A stretch of DNA of 64,000 nt. Origin: Balanoglossus misakiensis. Its lineage: Eukaryota > Animalia > Hemichordata. The stretch is from the NCBI GenBank assembly GCA_040954595.2, contig CM082597.2, positions 3,741,824-3,805,823 of the forward strand, read 5' to 3'. The position numbers and the translations under genes were made by a program. Shown in pieces: positions 1 through 23,500 of the stretch. How positions within the stretch are numbered: the first letter of the stretch is position 1; each line of letters begins with the position of its first letter. The notes below the pieces were generated by a model, which was not told the origin of the DNA, did no database searches, and was given only the letters and a program-made list of their open reading frames with translations.

Positions 1-7
1 TTCCAAT

Positions 8-6501
<6,494 letters not shown>

Positions 6502-7345
6502 ACTGAAGTGTACCCTGAAATACAACGAAACTTTAAAAAAATATTTTGTATGTAAATAGTTTTGACATGATAAAATCATTTGACGAGCTTAGCCAGTGTT
6601 TCGTTCCTGCAGATTTTTAATTATGTGCATTGCATCAACAAACAGTATAAGATTTGCTTATTAGTTTTCAAGATAGATGTGTTATTCTTTTGTCAAGTTG
6701 TAGAGCAAAGAAAAGTGAATGTTACTAGCAGAGTCCCTGCCAACCCTTATTTTGGGGGAAAATAGTGTGGTCCTATGCAGAGAACTATATGATCATAGCA
6801 TTTCTCGTCAAAATGAGGGTAAGACTGGGTTCTGTGATTTCCCCTCTGAATAATGTCAGGACTAGAAGCACGGACTGTGTATACTTATCGATTTAAAAAA
6901 TACACCACCTAAGCACCACGCAGGATAGGTATGGTGTGCTTGAAACCACCATTTGCCTGTTCAACACGGCAGATATCTCTTGGAGTATTGTGTGATGGTT
7001 GAGGCGTTTGAATATTAAAAAATGTTCCACTATGATATTATCTGTGTATGGGACTCCTCATTTCATGATTCTGCAAATTACAACCCTTAGTTTCCTATTT
7101 AGTAGTTTCCTAATTTTATTGGTATTTTAAAAATGTTTTCCTGGTTTTTTGTTTGTTTACTTTTATCAATGGAGAAATGCACACCCAAATCTTAACTTCT
7201 GAAACAGTAACTTGTTACAGCCTGTACTTTTTCAGAATTCCGTTTATTAATCTTGATACAAAAGTAAAATACTTTGTCATAAATACATGTATAGTAACGC
7301 TGAGTAAACAAAAGTGAATTGTTTGAAAGTGACGGCAGGTCAGGC

Positions 7346-10300
7346 TCAGGTGAGTTCCTCAATCAGTTTCTTCCCTGGCTTAGGGGGCTTTGTGCCTCCC
7401 CAAGTTTCTTCCAATTTGTTCTGCACTTCCTGTTGTTGCTCTTCCTCACTTTTCATGGACACTGCAAAATTGAAGAAAGAAAAGAACGCGTTCAAGAAAC
7501 ACAATCAGCTGTGATGAAGAAGGATTTGCAACTAGTTGGATAATCGTCTGAAACACTTCATTCTTGTAAGTAATTGCTCTCAACTTTTGGCAGTTCAGTG
7601 ACAGTTAAGTTTGAAACTACACTTGCCCAATCACTGATAGTTTGGTGGGTGAAAAATACATGAAAACACATTTGGACTCTACTCTTCAAAAACAAAAATC
7701 TTTACCATATTCCATATGCACCTCCAAGGCAAGTGGTTTCAGAATATCACTGTAATCAACACACCAAGCCAGCAGAAATAAGACTTTTTTTCTGGCATGG
7801 AACAACTTTGTCTTCAACTTGGCAGCTTTAGTGCTAGTAGAACTGTCATCTTCACCATCAACTTTATCGGTTGGCTTCACTTTGCTTTCTACAAAGACAT
7901 GAAAAAAAATTACTCTTGACATGCTGACGATAAAATAATTAGCAACAGGCTAAATTCAAAGTATTCAATATACATGTATATGCATACCCGATAGTAGACA
8001 TTCATATAGAGTTTGAAAAAGTCATCATTGTTTTTAAAAGCAGCTGAGAGCAAATACATGGGTTGTGTTCGACTCTGAGAGAGGCTTTTCAATTTGAAAA
8101 TTCCAACCCCCCTTCCATTATGTAGTGTTCCAAATTTACCATATAAAACAACGGATTTGGACCAAACTAGGCTAGTTGAAGGGTTAAACTTACTTCTTTC
8201 GATTGCTCTCTTGGCTACCGTCAGCAATCTGTGCAAATCTGACAATGCTGCCATAGTGTAGAGAAGTGGTTTCTGCTTACTGGGGCCCGTCAATATTCTG
8301 ATTACATCAGCCAGTGTGGAGGTCATAAAAGATATGCCACTCCTCAAAGATTTGTCCTGTAAAAATACACTTGAATGATATCATCAAATAAGGGTAGTTT
8401 TGATTTATAACTGAGCAAAATTTAGTCACAAAGAAATTCTGGTAATAGTTGTTGTAAGAGGTTAGTGTGTGGTGGTAATACATGTCTAGCCACAGTTGAA
8501 TACGACAAAGATACAATTATGTTAAAACAGGCAGCTACAGATCCCACATTTAGATTTGGAATGAACATATACCATTCCCTCTAGATGAATATGCCGTGTG
8601 TAACTAACCTGGTTAAGTCTGTGTATTACACTATGTATGGCCTCCTCAGTGCTGTTGTATGTCTTGTTTTCGGACAACGCATGCGATACACGCAGACAAT
8701 CCTGCGCCAAGACGAAGATGCCAGCATTAGTATTAAACCACAAGCAACTACAGCTATACTGACAGTGCAAATTTGCCAGTCCTCCATTTAATTATACATT
8801 CTGGAATGATGTTTTTACAATTTGTATATAATGTAACATTCCTTCTTCCCACCCAAAATAATTTAAAATGTGAGCAAATTGTTTAACTATATGTTGCATG
8901 GTCACAAAGGCAGAAATTGGTTCTCCTTTGGTTATAGCCTATCTTATAGAACTGTGGAGAAAATAATAGTTACCTGAGTTGATTGTACGGCAACGTCAAA
9001 GTGTGAGCCATTGTAGAACTGTACAATATATACATAGGTAAATCTACATAGTAGTTAAAAATTATACACATACAGTATATAGCTGACATGATCTGAACAC
9101 TGTATTTGGTTACAGTGCATTTTGTCTAACGAAAAATGTACCACTTTTACAAATAGTTACTTGAGTTGATTGTACAGCAAGATCAAAGTGAGAACCATTG
9201 TAGAACTGTACTATATATACATAGGTAAATCTAAACAGGAGTTAAAAATTAATGAATATTGAAGAAAAAAAGACAATAGGATCTTCTCTTGTTTATTACC
9301 TATATTTTACAAGTTAGTGTACAAACTTGCTATTAAGCAAATCAACTTTATAACAATATGAGGTGAATCAGGTTCAAAAGACATCACAAATATAAGATAT
9401 ATAAGATTAAAATTTAAAGGATACACGACTTCAACCAGATTGAACTGCACACAGTCAGCAGGCTTACAACTTTTCAGAAGTTCTGTCAACTTTGGAATCT
9501 TCTCAAGAACTCTTGGACACTGACACACATCTTCTGTAGTGTCTTTTTGCATTTCGTCATCCAATTTGAATTCTTCTATAAGCTTTTGATCCTGTCGCAG
9601 GAAAATTGAGAACTATTAATAAAAAATATCCAATGTCACTGACTGAAATTTCATATCCTCTATTTATGGAAAGTAACAGCAGTTACAGGCTTTAATATTT
9701 CTGCTAACATATCACAAGAAATGCCCATGTGCACATACCAGGATAGTTGTGTACTCTTTTAATGGTCAGGTGAATAAACTCAAATTGAACATTCTATGTT
9801 CGAGAGTATTACATTATTTAAAATTTTGGTAGGCTTTAATCTCTTACATTAAAACACCAAACAAACCTGCTTTTTCCACCATGGTTTCCAAAGTGTGACT
9901 AGACCCCCTAGCTTGCCCTCTTTTATCAAACGTTGGAATTCCTGCTTCTCTTCTCCTGTCAACTTTTCCCACAATGCACCTGTGTCCTTATCTGGGGAAA
10001 AAAATACAGTTAGTAATCTGAAAACTTTTCATTCGTAAAACACACACACATGACCTGATGAAGGTTTAACCCTTTCACCACCATGGTTTGGTCAAAATCC
10101 ATTAGTTACTATGGCAAAGTTGGACCTCTTCACAAGGAAAGGGGGTGAACCTTGCACGCAAAAAAAATATATATACCCACTAACCAAGATCCAGTCCAGC
10201 TAATCTTTCTTCCATGGATTTCACACTTTCATCATCATCACCACCAACAGCCTCATCATTTTCCTCCTCAACTCTCTTCAGTATTTCCAACATCTTCCTC

Positions 10301-11355
10301 TTCTCCTCATCACTAAAAAAACAGTAGGTAGATTTTTAATTCTGTTTAAATTCCTGGTTGCATGTTATGAGGTCAACCAGAATATCCAGGTAGTTCTGTT
10401 CTGTTCTGTTGAGTTTTTAACAACAACACAATAATAATATTGGCTGTGCACATACAGCCTGTGATAATAAACTTATCACATGGCATTCGAAACTGTAGCA
10501 TAGAAAAAACAAAACAAGACAATGGAACTTCAACACTTCACATATTTAAATTAAGTGAACAATCAACATCACCAACCTGCCTCTTTGTTCCTTCAATGCT
10601 TCTATAAAACATTCTTTGTAGAACTGCTCTGAACACGATGAGTGTTGCTTTCAGGTTGGGATTAAAATACAACACACAGCACAATCAATTATGATGAAAG
10701 TTAGTGGTTATACATATATATATAACCTAAATCAGCAGTGTCCATATTTATCACCTCAACATTCTAAGAACTTCTCTTGTATAGTACCACACCAGCGCTG
10801 CGAGCACTTACCTCACATCTATAGCAGTCAATGGAGCAGTACTGGATATTGCATCTTGGACAGGTGTACTTGGAAAACTGCTTCAGACAGCTGAATGAAA
10901 ATACAAAATAGCCTATAACTGTTCTGACTTCACGTTACCTCTATATAAGCTTTAGTAATATGGGTGAAAGATACAGACAAGGTCTGTTTCGCCGTTCCAC
11001 ACGGACACCGATGATTGAATGAAACAATGTCTGGCTATGTTTAGCCTTGCGTACAGGTATGTTCCCGGGGTTACACGGCCTCTACCTAACAGGCGGTGAT
11101 GTGCTGGAGGCCGTGTAACGCCGGGAACACACAGACCTGTACGCTATGGCCAGTATGGGGCTTCGAGTTGTCATTTGAAAGCCTGTGGTTACAGCGATCT
11201 AAGCGAGTATTTTGCGTGATTATGGTAAGATCGAATTTGAGATCACCCTGTATTGTCACTTACAATTTACAGACGATTTTGTTGATTCCATCGCCGGAGC
11301 CACTAGCAGTTTCTTCCGAGATGAACTGCAACGTTCCCTCGTCGTCAGCCGCCAT
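7346..11355 (-). CDS. ZNHIT2: Zinc finger HIT domain-containing protein 2 (R2TP/U5 snRNP assembly factor); ~428 aa using one of two alternative exon-7 copies
   Basis: Minus-strand exons 11355-11264, 10890-10812, 10647-10577, 10312-10185, 9991-9867, 9591-9425, [9230-9161 or 9043-8974], 8701-8609, 8356-8194, 7888-7706, 7461-7346. Total 1287 nt, in frame. N-terminal zf-HIT CKFC..YTCPRCNIQYCSIDCY..H..CSEQFY, LW..LT..EKQEF, WKPWW, AALSDL, ARKKV.FLLAW and C-terminal LIEELT*. AATAAA on the minus strand near 7243-7248. Confidence 0.88.
8974..9043 (-). CDS. ZNHIT2: ZNHIT2 alternative exon 7b (70 nt; FTYVYIVQFYNGSHFDVAVQSTQ)
   Basis: Paralog of exon 7a (7 substitutions, 6 synonymous), with the same TTTTTAAC-10nt-AG acceptor and GTAACT donor. 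Confidence 0.8.
9161..9230 (-). CDS. ZNHIT2: ZNHIT2 alternative exon 7a (70 nt; FTYVYIVQFYNGSHFDLAVQSTQ)
   Basis: Preceded by TTTTTAAC-10nt-AG and followed by GTAACT; in frame with exon 6 (phase 2) and exon 8 (phase 0). Confidence 0.8.
9231..9424 (-). other. U12-type (minor spliceosome) GT-AG intron of ZNHIT2
   Basis: The donor reads GT|GTATCCTTTAAA on the minus strand, a full match to the U12 consensus RTATCCTTT. The branch-like TTTTTAAC ends 10 nt before the exon, and the polypyrimidine tract is weak. Confidence 0.8.
10066..10150. mobile_element. Short MITE-like interspersed repeat (TTAA-CCCTTTCACC terminus, piggyBac-like), copy 1
   Basis: ttaaccctttcaccac...ccatt...ctatgg...gttgg...ggggtga; homologous to 17036-17127. 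Confidence 0.6.
11042..11152. mobile_element. Palindromic (fold-back) MITE-like element in ZNHIT2 intron 1
   Basis: gcgtacaggt..gttcccgg.gttacacggcctc pairs with gaggccgtgtaac.ccgggaac..acctgtacgc. Confidence 0.65.
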
Positions 11356-11423
11356 GCTTGCCAGGTCAAAGGTCAAAGGGAATCCGCCGCCATGCTTGCC
11401 AGGTCAAAGGTCAAATGGAATCC
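11348..11423. promoter_or_regulatory. 38-bp direct tandem duplication spanning the ZNHIT2 start codon; each copy has a perfect DR1 (AGGTCAAAGGTCA) and a YY1-like ATGGCGGC
   Basis: gccgccatgcttgccaggtcaaaggtcaaa(g/t)ggaatcc occurs twice with a 38-nt period. Confidence 0.6.
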
Positions 11424-11887
11424 CCGCCCCCTTTCCATCTGTAACATTCAACGCGAAGAGCTTGCCCACGTTTCGATGACTACAACCGCGTTTTACCTCC
11501 TTGGGATAGGTCACCAAGTCTGTGATACTGTTAATAAGTGTCGTTGTCGAAACGCTTTGGTTCAAACACGTTGGTTTCACAAGTACTTTGCTGGTGAACG
11601 GAGTCGACACTCAAACATGTACACGTGTATGTGGCCATGGGGAAGGAATTATGAGATGATGGTGTTTCATGGATCCATAAGGTAAGTTGCGTTTAATATC
11701 ATATACAAAAAAATAAACAAGAAGTATATCAGTTTTAAAGTCGTCCTTCAAATAAGCCTCTAATAAGTGTATAGTTGAAAAACGTAGTTTCTGCACAAGG
11801 TTACATAAAATGTGCGTGAATCGACTTTTAAAGATGTCTGCCCCCTTAGCTGGTACCCTGACAACAAATAATGTAGGCCTATGTGTA

Positions 11888-14712
11888 TTACACTTTTTCT
11901 TCAATGGAAGGGAAACCTTTCAACGCAGAAATTGTATTTGGTATGGCATTCACGATGCGATCCCTGGCCCCAGGCCATGCACCTGGTCCCTGCAGACGAT
12001 ACCAGTAAGGGACCATTGGGCCATACTCAAACAGCATTGCTAGTTTAGGATCCTTTAGAATGAGACTCCAGAAAGATGGTTTTACGCCAAGGAATTCAGC
12101 TGATTCTTCAATCACTGTCGAATATGGTAGCTGTGTATAAAATACATAAACAAATAATTCAAAACAGGGCGATCATATGTTATAACATTGTATTTATACT
12201 GATGTGGTAAGATAATTAGGCCTAAAGATACCACAGAAAACTTGTATATCATACAGAAGATGTTGTTTCAGAAATCGTAATTTTCCTTTATACTAGATAC
12301 AGAACAGCCTGTGTCTGTGATTTTTTGTCATTTGGCCGTCCAGTAAACATTAACGACGATATGAAGTCATTACCGAAATCGCACGAATTTTACGTTGTAT
12401 CATTGAGTGTTAAATACTAAACCCTTACGCCAATTGCTTTGTTTCCTCTGATGTTTGTTGGCTTCTGGTCGATGTCTCGCTGCATTGTTGCTCTGTCAGG
12501 CAGAACAATTTCCCCAGCAAAAACTCTTGCAGCCAATCTTGCGTGAATTTCAGAAACCGGCCAATGTGGCCCTTTGACCGGCACCAAGTTAATTAATGCC
12601 AGGCGCTCTGGGTTTTCAAGGCGTGCTGGAAATACATACTTGTACAGGAGGACGTTGTCTGATTCATCTGTAAAGGCAAGTGATGCAAGTTTACAATAAT
12701 ATTATACATTTTAGTAAACGGTTTAAATATTGATATACCACCAATTGACCAATGACATAATTGAAGGTGACAACTCCATGAAAGTATTAGCTTAGTAAAG
12801 TTGACTCCTGCCTTACAATAATTACCATAAATCCACCGTTTGTCGATAACAGGTACAGCCCACTCATATCCTGTAGCAAAGATGACTGCATCAACATTTT
12901 CTAGCGTAGTGCCATCCTTCAGTATGACGTCATTGTTTTGGAACTCTTTGATTTCCACCACGCGTTTGATTTGACCTTGTGTAATCCGGTCCTGCATGTC
13001 ATCACTGATTAAAGGGTTCGTGGGATCGACATCTTTGGTCTGAAAAAAAGTGTAATAATTAAACACAGTATGATATAAAACTATTACATAAATTTGATAA
13101 TTTGACAAATCATCCGTACATGCAAGTTTTACTTAAATCAATAAAACAGACATAGATGCAGACAGCCCATGCCAAGGAAGGCAGGACAATACGTCAAAGT
13201 TCAATGTCTGATAACTTATTCTTTTCGTTGGTAATATACAATGCATTCTGGCCAATGTATCACTCTCTGTTAGAAACATCCACATATATACGGAATGGTA
13301 TAGTATACCTACTTGAAGACCGAATACATTCTGGTCACATACTCTGGTTCCGTAACACTTTTGCAAAATCGAGGATAGTTTTGACGGCGACTTCATTACT
13401 GATCGTGTGAAAGCAGTCATGTCGTATGGTATGCCATCTCGTCCTGCGCGAGGAAGGAACGAGACGCCGCGGCGCATGCTCAGGTATACCTGGAAAGAAG
13501 GGTGCCATTTATCATGGAGAGTGTGTCCTGGTAGTCGAAAATATGGAACAGTATGGGGGTCACACACACACACAAACTCATACACCATAAAGACGCTTCT
13601 GAAGCTTCTAAGATCAAATACCGCCTTAAAAACATATGTGGACGGTCAATAGAGGTTCTGAAACGGTTTAGTCTAAACAAAATATGGAATTTTGAAAAAA
13701 AAGTATGCAGGGTTTTAGCATAATGCTTCACAATCCTGTAAGGTTGCCATAAGTCATTTACGAACCTGTCCAGCGTTACGAGAGACTTCAGAGGAAACGT
13801 CAGAACCAGTTGAAGAACCACCTGTAAAATGATTTAATTAGTCTAATTAATATATGAAGTAGTTTATTCATGTGATATTTTGTTAATATACAGACGAGTA
13901 GCTCAGCAATAACAATGGCTAGTTAGGTACGTATAGGGCAGATGGAACGTCGATTCTGTCTTACCGACAACCAAGACTTTCTTCCATTTAAATTTGCTAC
14001 TTTCCCGATATTCATTCGCATGGATCATTATTCCCTTGAAGTCTTCTTGACCGGGATAGACCGGAGTATATGCTTTGCCGTAGGCACCAGTACACACCAT
14101 GACGTAATCAAAATATTGAACGGATGCTGTGCCGTCATTGGTCAGCAGATGGAGCCTCCAGAACTCGTTCCCGTCATGCTTTTCGAGTTTGGTCACCTTT
14201 GTATCGAACCTGATGTACTTCTCGAGGTCAAAGTGGGCTGCGTAGTCTTGCAGATGTTTAATACAGAGGCGATGACCAAAATAGGGTGTGTACTCTTGTG
14301 GAAAAGGGAAATCGGAAAACGAGAACATTTCTTTGCTTATATTTGTCACAAGTGTGTCGTATATGGCGCCGCCTTGTTCAGGTCGCAACTCAGACGTGTG
14401 GTACCACAATCCACCTGAAAAGGAAGTAGGATCTTAGAAACCTAATTTACATGCACTTTCCAACAAGGCAGGTAGCGAACAGTTCTGTTTTAAGTCACTT
14501 TAAAGTCATAATGTAGTTGTGTCAAAGGTAAACTCTTTTGAATGTTAATGTACCACAATGGTGATGGTTGTTTTGCAATCAGATGTGTTACCTAGTTTGT
14601 CGTGTCTCTCGAAGCAAGTCGGCTCCAACCCATCTTCTTCCAGACAACTTTTGATCGACGTGAGGCCAGAAACTCCAGCACCTATGATAGCCACGCGTTT
14701 CTTAGCAGCCAT
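11888..14712 (-). CDS. Flavin-containing monooxygenase (FMO family, paralog B); 7 exons, ~499 aa
   Basis: Exons 14712-14592, 14414-13965, 13821-13766, 13489-13313, 13039-12826, 12667-12429, 12130-11888 (1500 nt, in frame). FAD motif [33 protein letters not shown] fingerprint [37 protein letters not shown]. Confidence 0.93.
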
Positions 14713-15581
14713 TGCGCTAGGTTGTCGTCTTCTGGAGAAAACACTGTCCCGAACCCCTTTAACATTCTGATCATTAACATCAATGTGCAATGCAATTTTT
14801 ACCCAGATCACGTGCTCATCTATTTGGGGCTACGATGACTTACCTCACTACTAAAAGTGTTAGAAAACAAAGAAAATCCAATATTTCGCTAATGTTTCTG
14901 CCATATAACCTCTAGTGGTGGACAGGTAGCCACATGTGCATTCGTTTTCTGACATGTTGCCATGCATAGTTGGTACAAAGGTAAAATGAGCGTAGCCCAA
15001 AAATAGATGGGTTAGTGTTCCGAGCGAATTTCGGTCACCCTAGCACAAATGACCTTCATGTTTCCTTCATGTACTTCTTGTGTGGTAAATACATCTGCAT
15101 CCAGACACTGTGCTCTGCCTTTCGACGAAATAGTGTACAGTGGATAGTTCACTAATTCACAAGTTTCACCAACTAATATTCAACTGTGGTGGACTTCATG
15201 TCAGAGATGAAATCTATATGTACATTAAGTGAATGTGATTAAGAAGGTCGACAACATACTGTAGTTAGAATTTTATTGATGTTTTTTTTACTTAACATTT
15301 AATTACTAAGTGGGTAAATGTTTAGGTTTATTGCCTTGTTTCCTACAACCACTCCCCTCCAAGTTCGATACTTCATGAAAACTGTTAACACTCAGGGAAG
15401 GTGAAGTAGAACGCACAAATGTTCACTATTATAGATCATACGTTTGTATGCATGTTACAGTTTATCGAAAGCAATATAAGAAGAATATTTGCAAAATATG
15501 TTTTTATCAGTATATTGTTATGCATGTAATCGCACGAAACATGCAAGGTTCTATAATTCAAGTAATCTGTTAATGCTTCCC

Positions 15582-19291
<3,710 letters not shown>

Positions 19292-20559
19292 AGCAATAAC
19301 TGATTTCTAACAGACTAAAATAAGACAGAGAGAAACGCTGACTCGGGCTTGTTTGTTCAGCACAGAGTACTCAGGTACCTGGCAAAGTACAAAGTACTGC
19401 AGGTACCTGGCAAAGGTTTCATACGTCACAATTAAGTAATAATTGCCAGGCTGCCAATTCTTGTGATTTATACTCCGTCTGGTGCCTTTTAACAATGCAT
19501 TATCTTTTTATGGATCACAATAAGGTCAAACCTTTGACCGTTTGTCTGCAGGCTCAAAAGGGGGATGGCGAATACCGTGCATTGTCCGCGATTACATTGA
19601 GAGTGACTGCACGTTTTCATCCTATAGGCGCATTTTAGTCCACGTATTCAGACTAATATTTAACATAGTTCACGATTTTGTGGAACCAGACATTTATTGG
19701 TATTTGGTGTTAGGTGTTTGGTAGAACTTCAGAATGAAGACTATAGTTGGCCTGAAAGACGGCTGCATGTTTCATGGTAATTGGTGTTAATTTGCATGCT
19801 ATTTCACATGTTTGCATATTCTAATTACCGGTAACTGTTTTTCTATTTACGTCTTCAGCGCGTAGCGGTGGGTGGAGGCGCACTGTCGTCAATGAATTGA
19901 CTGTCATTGGCTGTATAGTTCATGTAAATAAATAATATAATGCCATTGGTAAACCAACATAACCCACAGTCCCCCAACCAATAGGAATGCGATGTTAACC
20001 GACCCGCTATTTCAGTGTGGTGACTTCACTGGGGGAAACCCACAGACCACATACATGTCTGAGTGGGCATATCAGGCCTAGGCCAACTATCTTGAGCAAA
20101 AATTATTATTCATAAACCCGGAGCATTACTAGCAATGACATTGTAGTCTGAAACATTAAGTTGTATTCAATTCTGTGAGATTTGAGTGACATTGCCATCC
20201 CTTCGTCGTCGTTTAAACTGTAGCTGTTGTAATATCTTACAGACTACACTGTTCGGTATGTAAAATAGGCGGTCACGTGGTAGACAGTTATTTCGGCAAC
20301 GAGCCAAGTCTCATCAAAAGTCTTGTAGTAGAGCATGGATGTTAACAAATAAGCTTTGCGTATACCGTGTAGGACTAATTTACGGGGTGTTGTGCGCCTA
20401 TCCTTTGACATTTTCTATTCCCATCTCAAGACAAGGTGGAACTCTAGACCCGTAAAGGGTGCTTGTTATAATGTCGTTACAAACACACCACACCTGTTCG
20501 CACGTCCAGCGTTAAGGAACTGTTGGTAGGTCGACAAGCAAACGGTGAACTAGGTCAAC

Positions 20560-23500
20560 ATGGCCACCAACAGCGAGGACGTGTTTGTAGAGAGCCCCAC
20601 CGAAGCACATGGCCTCCAGGAGGCCAGCAACGAAGCAACCCAGAGTGCAACCCAGCCCCTGGATACCATGGGAACTCCGGAAACGGGTAAGAAATGGACC
20701 CAATTACATTGCCATGGAGACGCATGCACAACGTTCCATTTAGAGCGTTGATAGTGTCGAAATCAAAGGGTGGGATAACATATTCCAGGGACAGAAATTA
20801 ACCATGCCAAATTGTCTTGTAACGATTTTCACATATTGGTTATGGTGGATATGCCTTTAGATTTTAAAAATTGACGTTAATAGTTTAAAGAACTATGTCT
20901 CACTCATGGTCTATTTTGAGGATATTACTTCCTCATGCACAACTAGGTCGCCATTACATTGAATGCTGCCTCCATATCTATATTGTCGCCAGGTCCTCGC
21001 TGTTAAGGGACTCTGAATGTCATTTAATATAGGCTACAAGTCATACATTGTTAATTGAGGCAAAGAGGGGGGGGGGTTCGACTTCCGGAATAATTCAAGT
21101 GGATGGATGAGTAACAAAGCCAAAAATTCTCTTTTGTAATGCAAATTTACGACTCCAGTTCGTCGGAGGTCACCTGCGCGTGTCGTTTTAAAAGGGTCAT
21201 GACGTAGAGTATGGTACTGTGTGCAGTGTGGTGGGCACGACTGTGAGAAAGTAAACGTTTAAATGGGTCAACATTGTGGAATAAGAAAGATCAGAACCGA
21301 AGAATTCCAAAGTTCATACAATTGACGCATGTCAGCTAATGGTTTTTTCCCTCTTTTGTCACACGTCACATGCACACACGAATAAATTAGTTTTCCCGGG
21401 CTTAAAATACACACAATATGTTGTTGCTATAAAGAGACCCGTGGGAAATGGCGTGGTATAGAATTTCTGATCATTAATCGCGCAATCATTTTTCATGCCT
21501 TTGTTAAATTTCTAACAGGCATCTTTTATCCTTCGGAACAAATTAGATGATTTGTTTGTTTGTTTTGGGGGCTTCTTGGTAGATGAATAATTGAAAACTG
21601 ACTGGGGTTTCCTCACCTCTACATCAGGAGCTACGGCCGCCGACCCAATCCCCCAGAAATACCTGGAAGCGATGCAATCTATAACACGGAAAACTATCAA
21701 ACTCTTCGGGAAAAAGATGTGGTTGGAAGACAAAGACCTGGTCGAAATTGGATGCACCGACGCAGACAAGCCCCTCGAGGAAATAAAACGAGCCATGATT
21801 TTAAAATGGTTGGAGAAGTTTAAAGACCAGGCTAGTGATAAATTGATCATCAATGCTTTGCAAGGAATGACTTTATACGAGGATGCACACAGCTTACGTT
21901 ATGGTAAATATCCTTCAACACATGATACTTCTTATTATTTCATAGACTGTTTATAACAATGTCCAGGAGGGGTGATTTTGCACACAGAATTGGCCTTACC
22001 TTGGTAAAAGTGCCACAAAACAACACAACACAACCGAGTAAGCTAACTTGCACACATGTATTGATTTTGAATGCGCAAACTAACTTTTTTAAACTTGCAG
22101 ATAGTTTGACTGAACAAGAACAGGGTGCGGATAACGAATGTGCCACAGCTGGTCTTGTTGGTCATGAAGAGCCATGTGGCGCTTATGCTTCCCATGACAG
22201 ACCAAAACCGATGAGATCAGTTAGCCAGCCAGAAGGTAGTGTCACGACGGGTAATTTTTTTTGTTAATTTATACAAGCTTTCTCATCAGAGTCCAATGTC
22301 ACCACACTTTCTGCACTGATTAGTCAATTGAGTGTTAGCGGCCCAGTACTCATGAGTCTGTGTCAAATGATATCTCGGAGTGATTTTGTGTTAGAAATGG
22401 CAGTGCGTGTACTCGTTTGGCCTGCCTGTCAGATGATACAAAGACCCCAACGGTGATTGTTGTAACATCAAAATAACATCCATTGTTCTCTTCATTAGAA
22501 ATACCAATAAGGCAACCTTGCGAACTGTTCACCGGCGAGGCGCACATTGAGTGTTGCCAGAAAATAGCAGAGCGATACAAGAGGCACCGGGAGAAATACA
22601 GAGATTCCCACCGAGTATTAGTTGAGGTAAGAGACACCCCTACCCCCGGTAACTCCTTGAACAATGTGCGGACTTAATAATCCTATGTGTTGCCGGTCTT
22701 GAGACTGCTATTTGATACTGTTGAAAACACAACTTAAGGTACTGCAGGATGTTGTACATAGTAGAATGTTAACCAAGTCAGCATATAACGTTATTTGGGA
22801 AAATGAACAGGACATTTTTTACTTACAGATTCTGCATGGACTTGGAGGATGTGGGAAAAGCGAGATTCTCTGTCAATATGTTTGGAAACACAGGTCTGAG
22901 TACAAAGGGAAGGTGTTCGTTATGAATGGCCAGTCGAGTAGTTACATTGATTATGGGCTGAAGAAGCTGCTGATAGTAAGTACATGTGTAAGAGCTAGTT
23001 CAGATTAAAATGTCTCAGTTTTGTATCTTATTCATTTTTTGCAGATGTGAATGTCGTAAACGTTTCTTTGACACTCAATGGAGCGATGATTTAATATAGC
23101 TAATTCAATGACAATCGTTATATCTTTCTCTCTGTCTGTCTCTGACCCATCCTCCGTCTGTCTCTCTGTCTCTGACGCTCTCTATCTCTGTCTCTCTCAC
23201 TCTCTCTCTCTCTGTCTCTCTCTCGTCTCTGTCTCTCTGTCTCTCTCTCTCTCTCAGAATGCGAAGGTAGAGCGAAGTGACGACGAGAGCACTCCGAGTA
23301 ACATCCGACGATGGGCTCTGGAATGGCTCCACGAATGCAAGGATTGGTTGTTGGTCATCGACAACGCGTTGGATCCCGAACTCATCCAGTACTACTTTCC
23401 GAACCAGCCCCAGTTGCACGGCGGTCACATCCTGATAACCTCGAGGGTCAGCCAGGGTTGGAATAACTGGTACAACGCCGTGAAAACACCAGTGCCTTTG

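Noticed and set aside
23108-23257. Ser/Leu-rich N-terminus of the 552-aa ORF
   Set aside because: It is intronic CT microsatellite; the exon starts at the acceptor at 23258 and is in frame with the Walker A exon.
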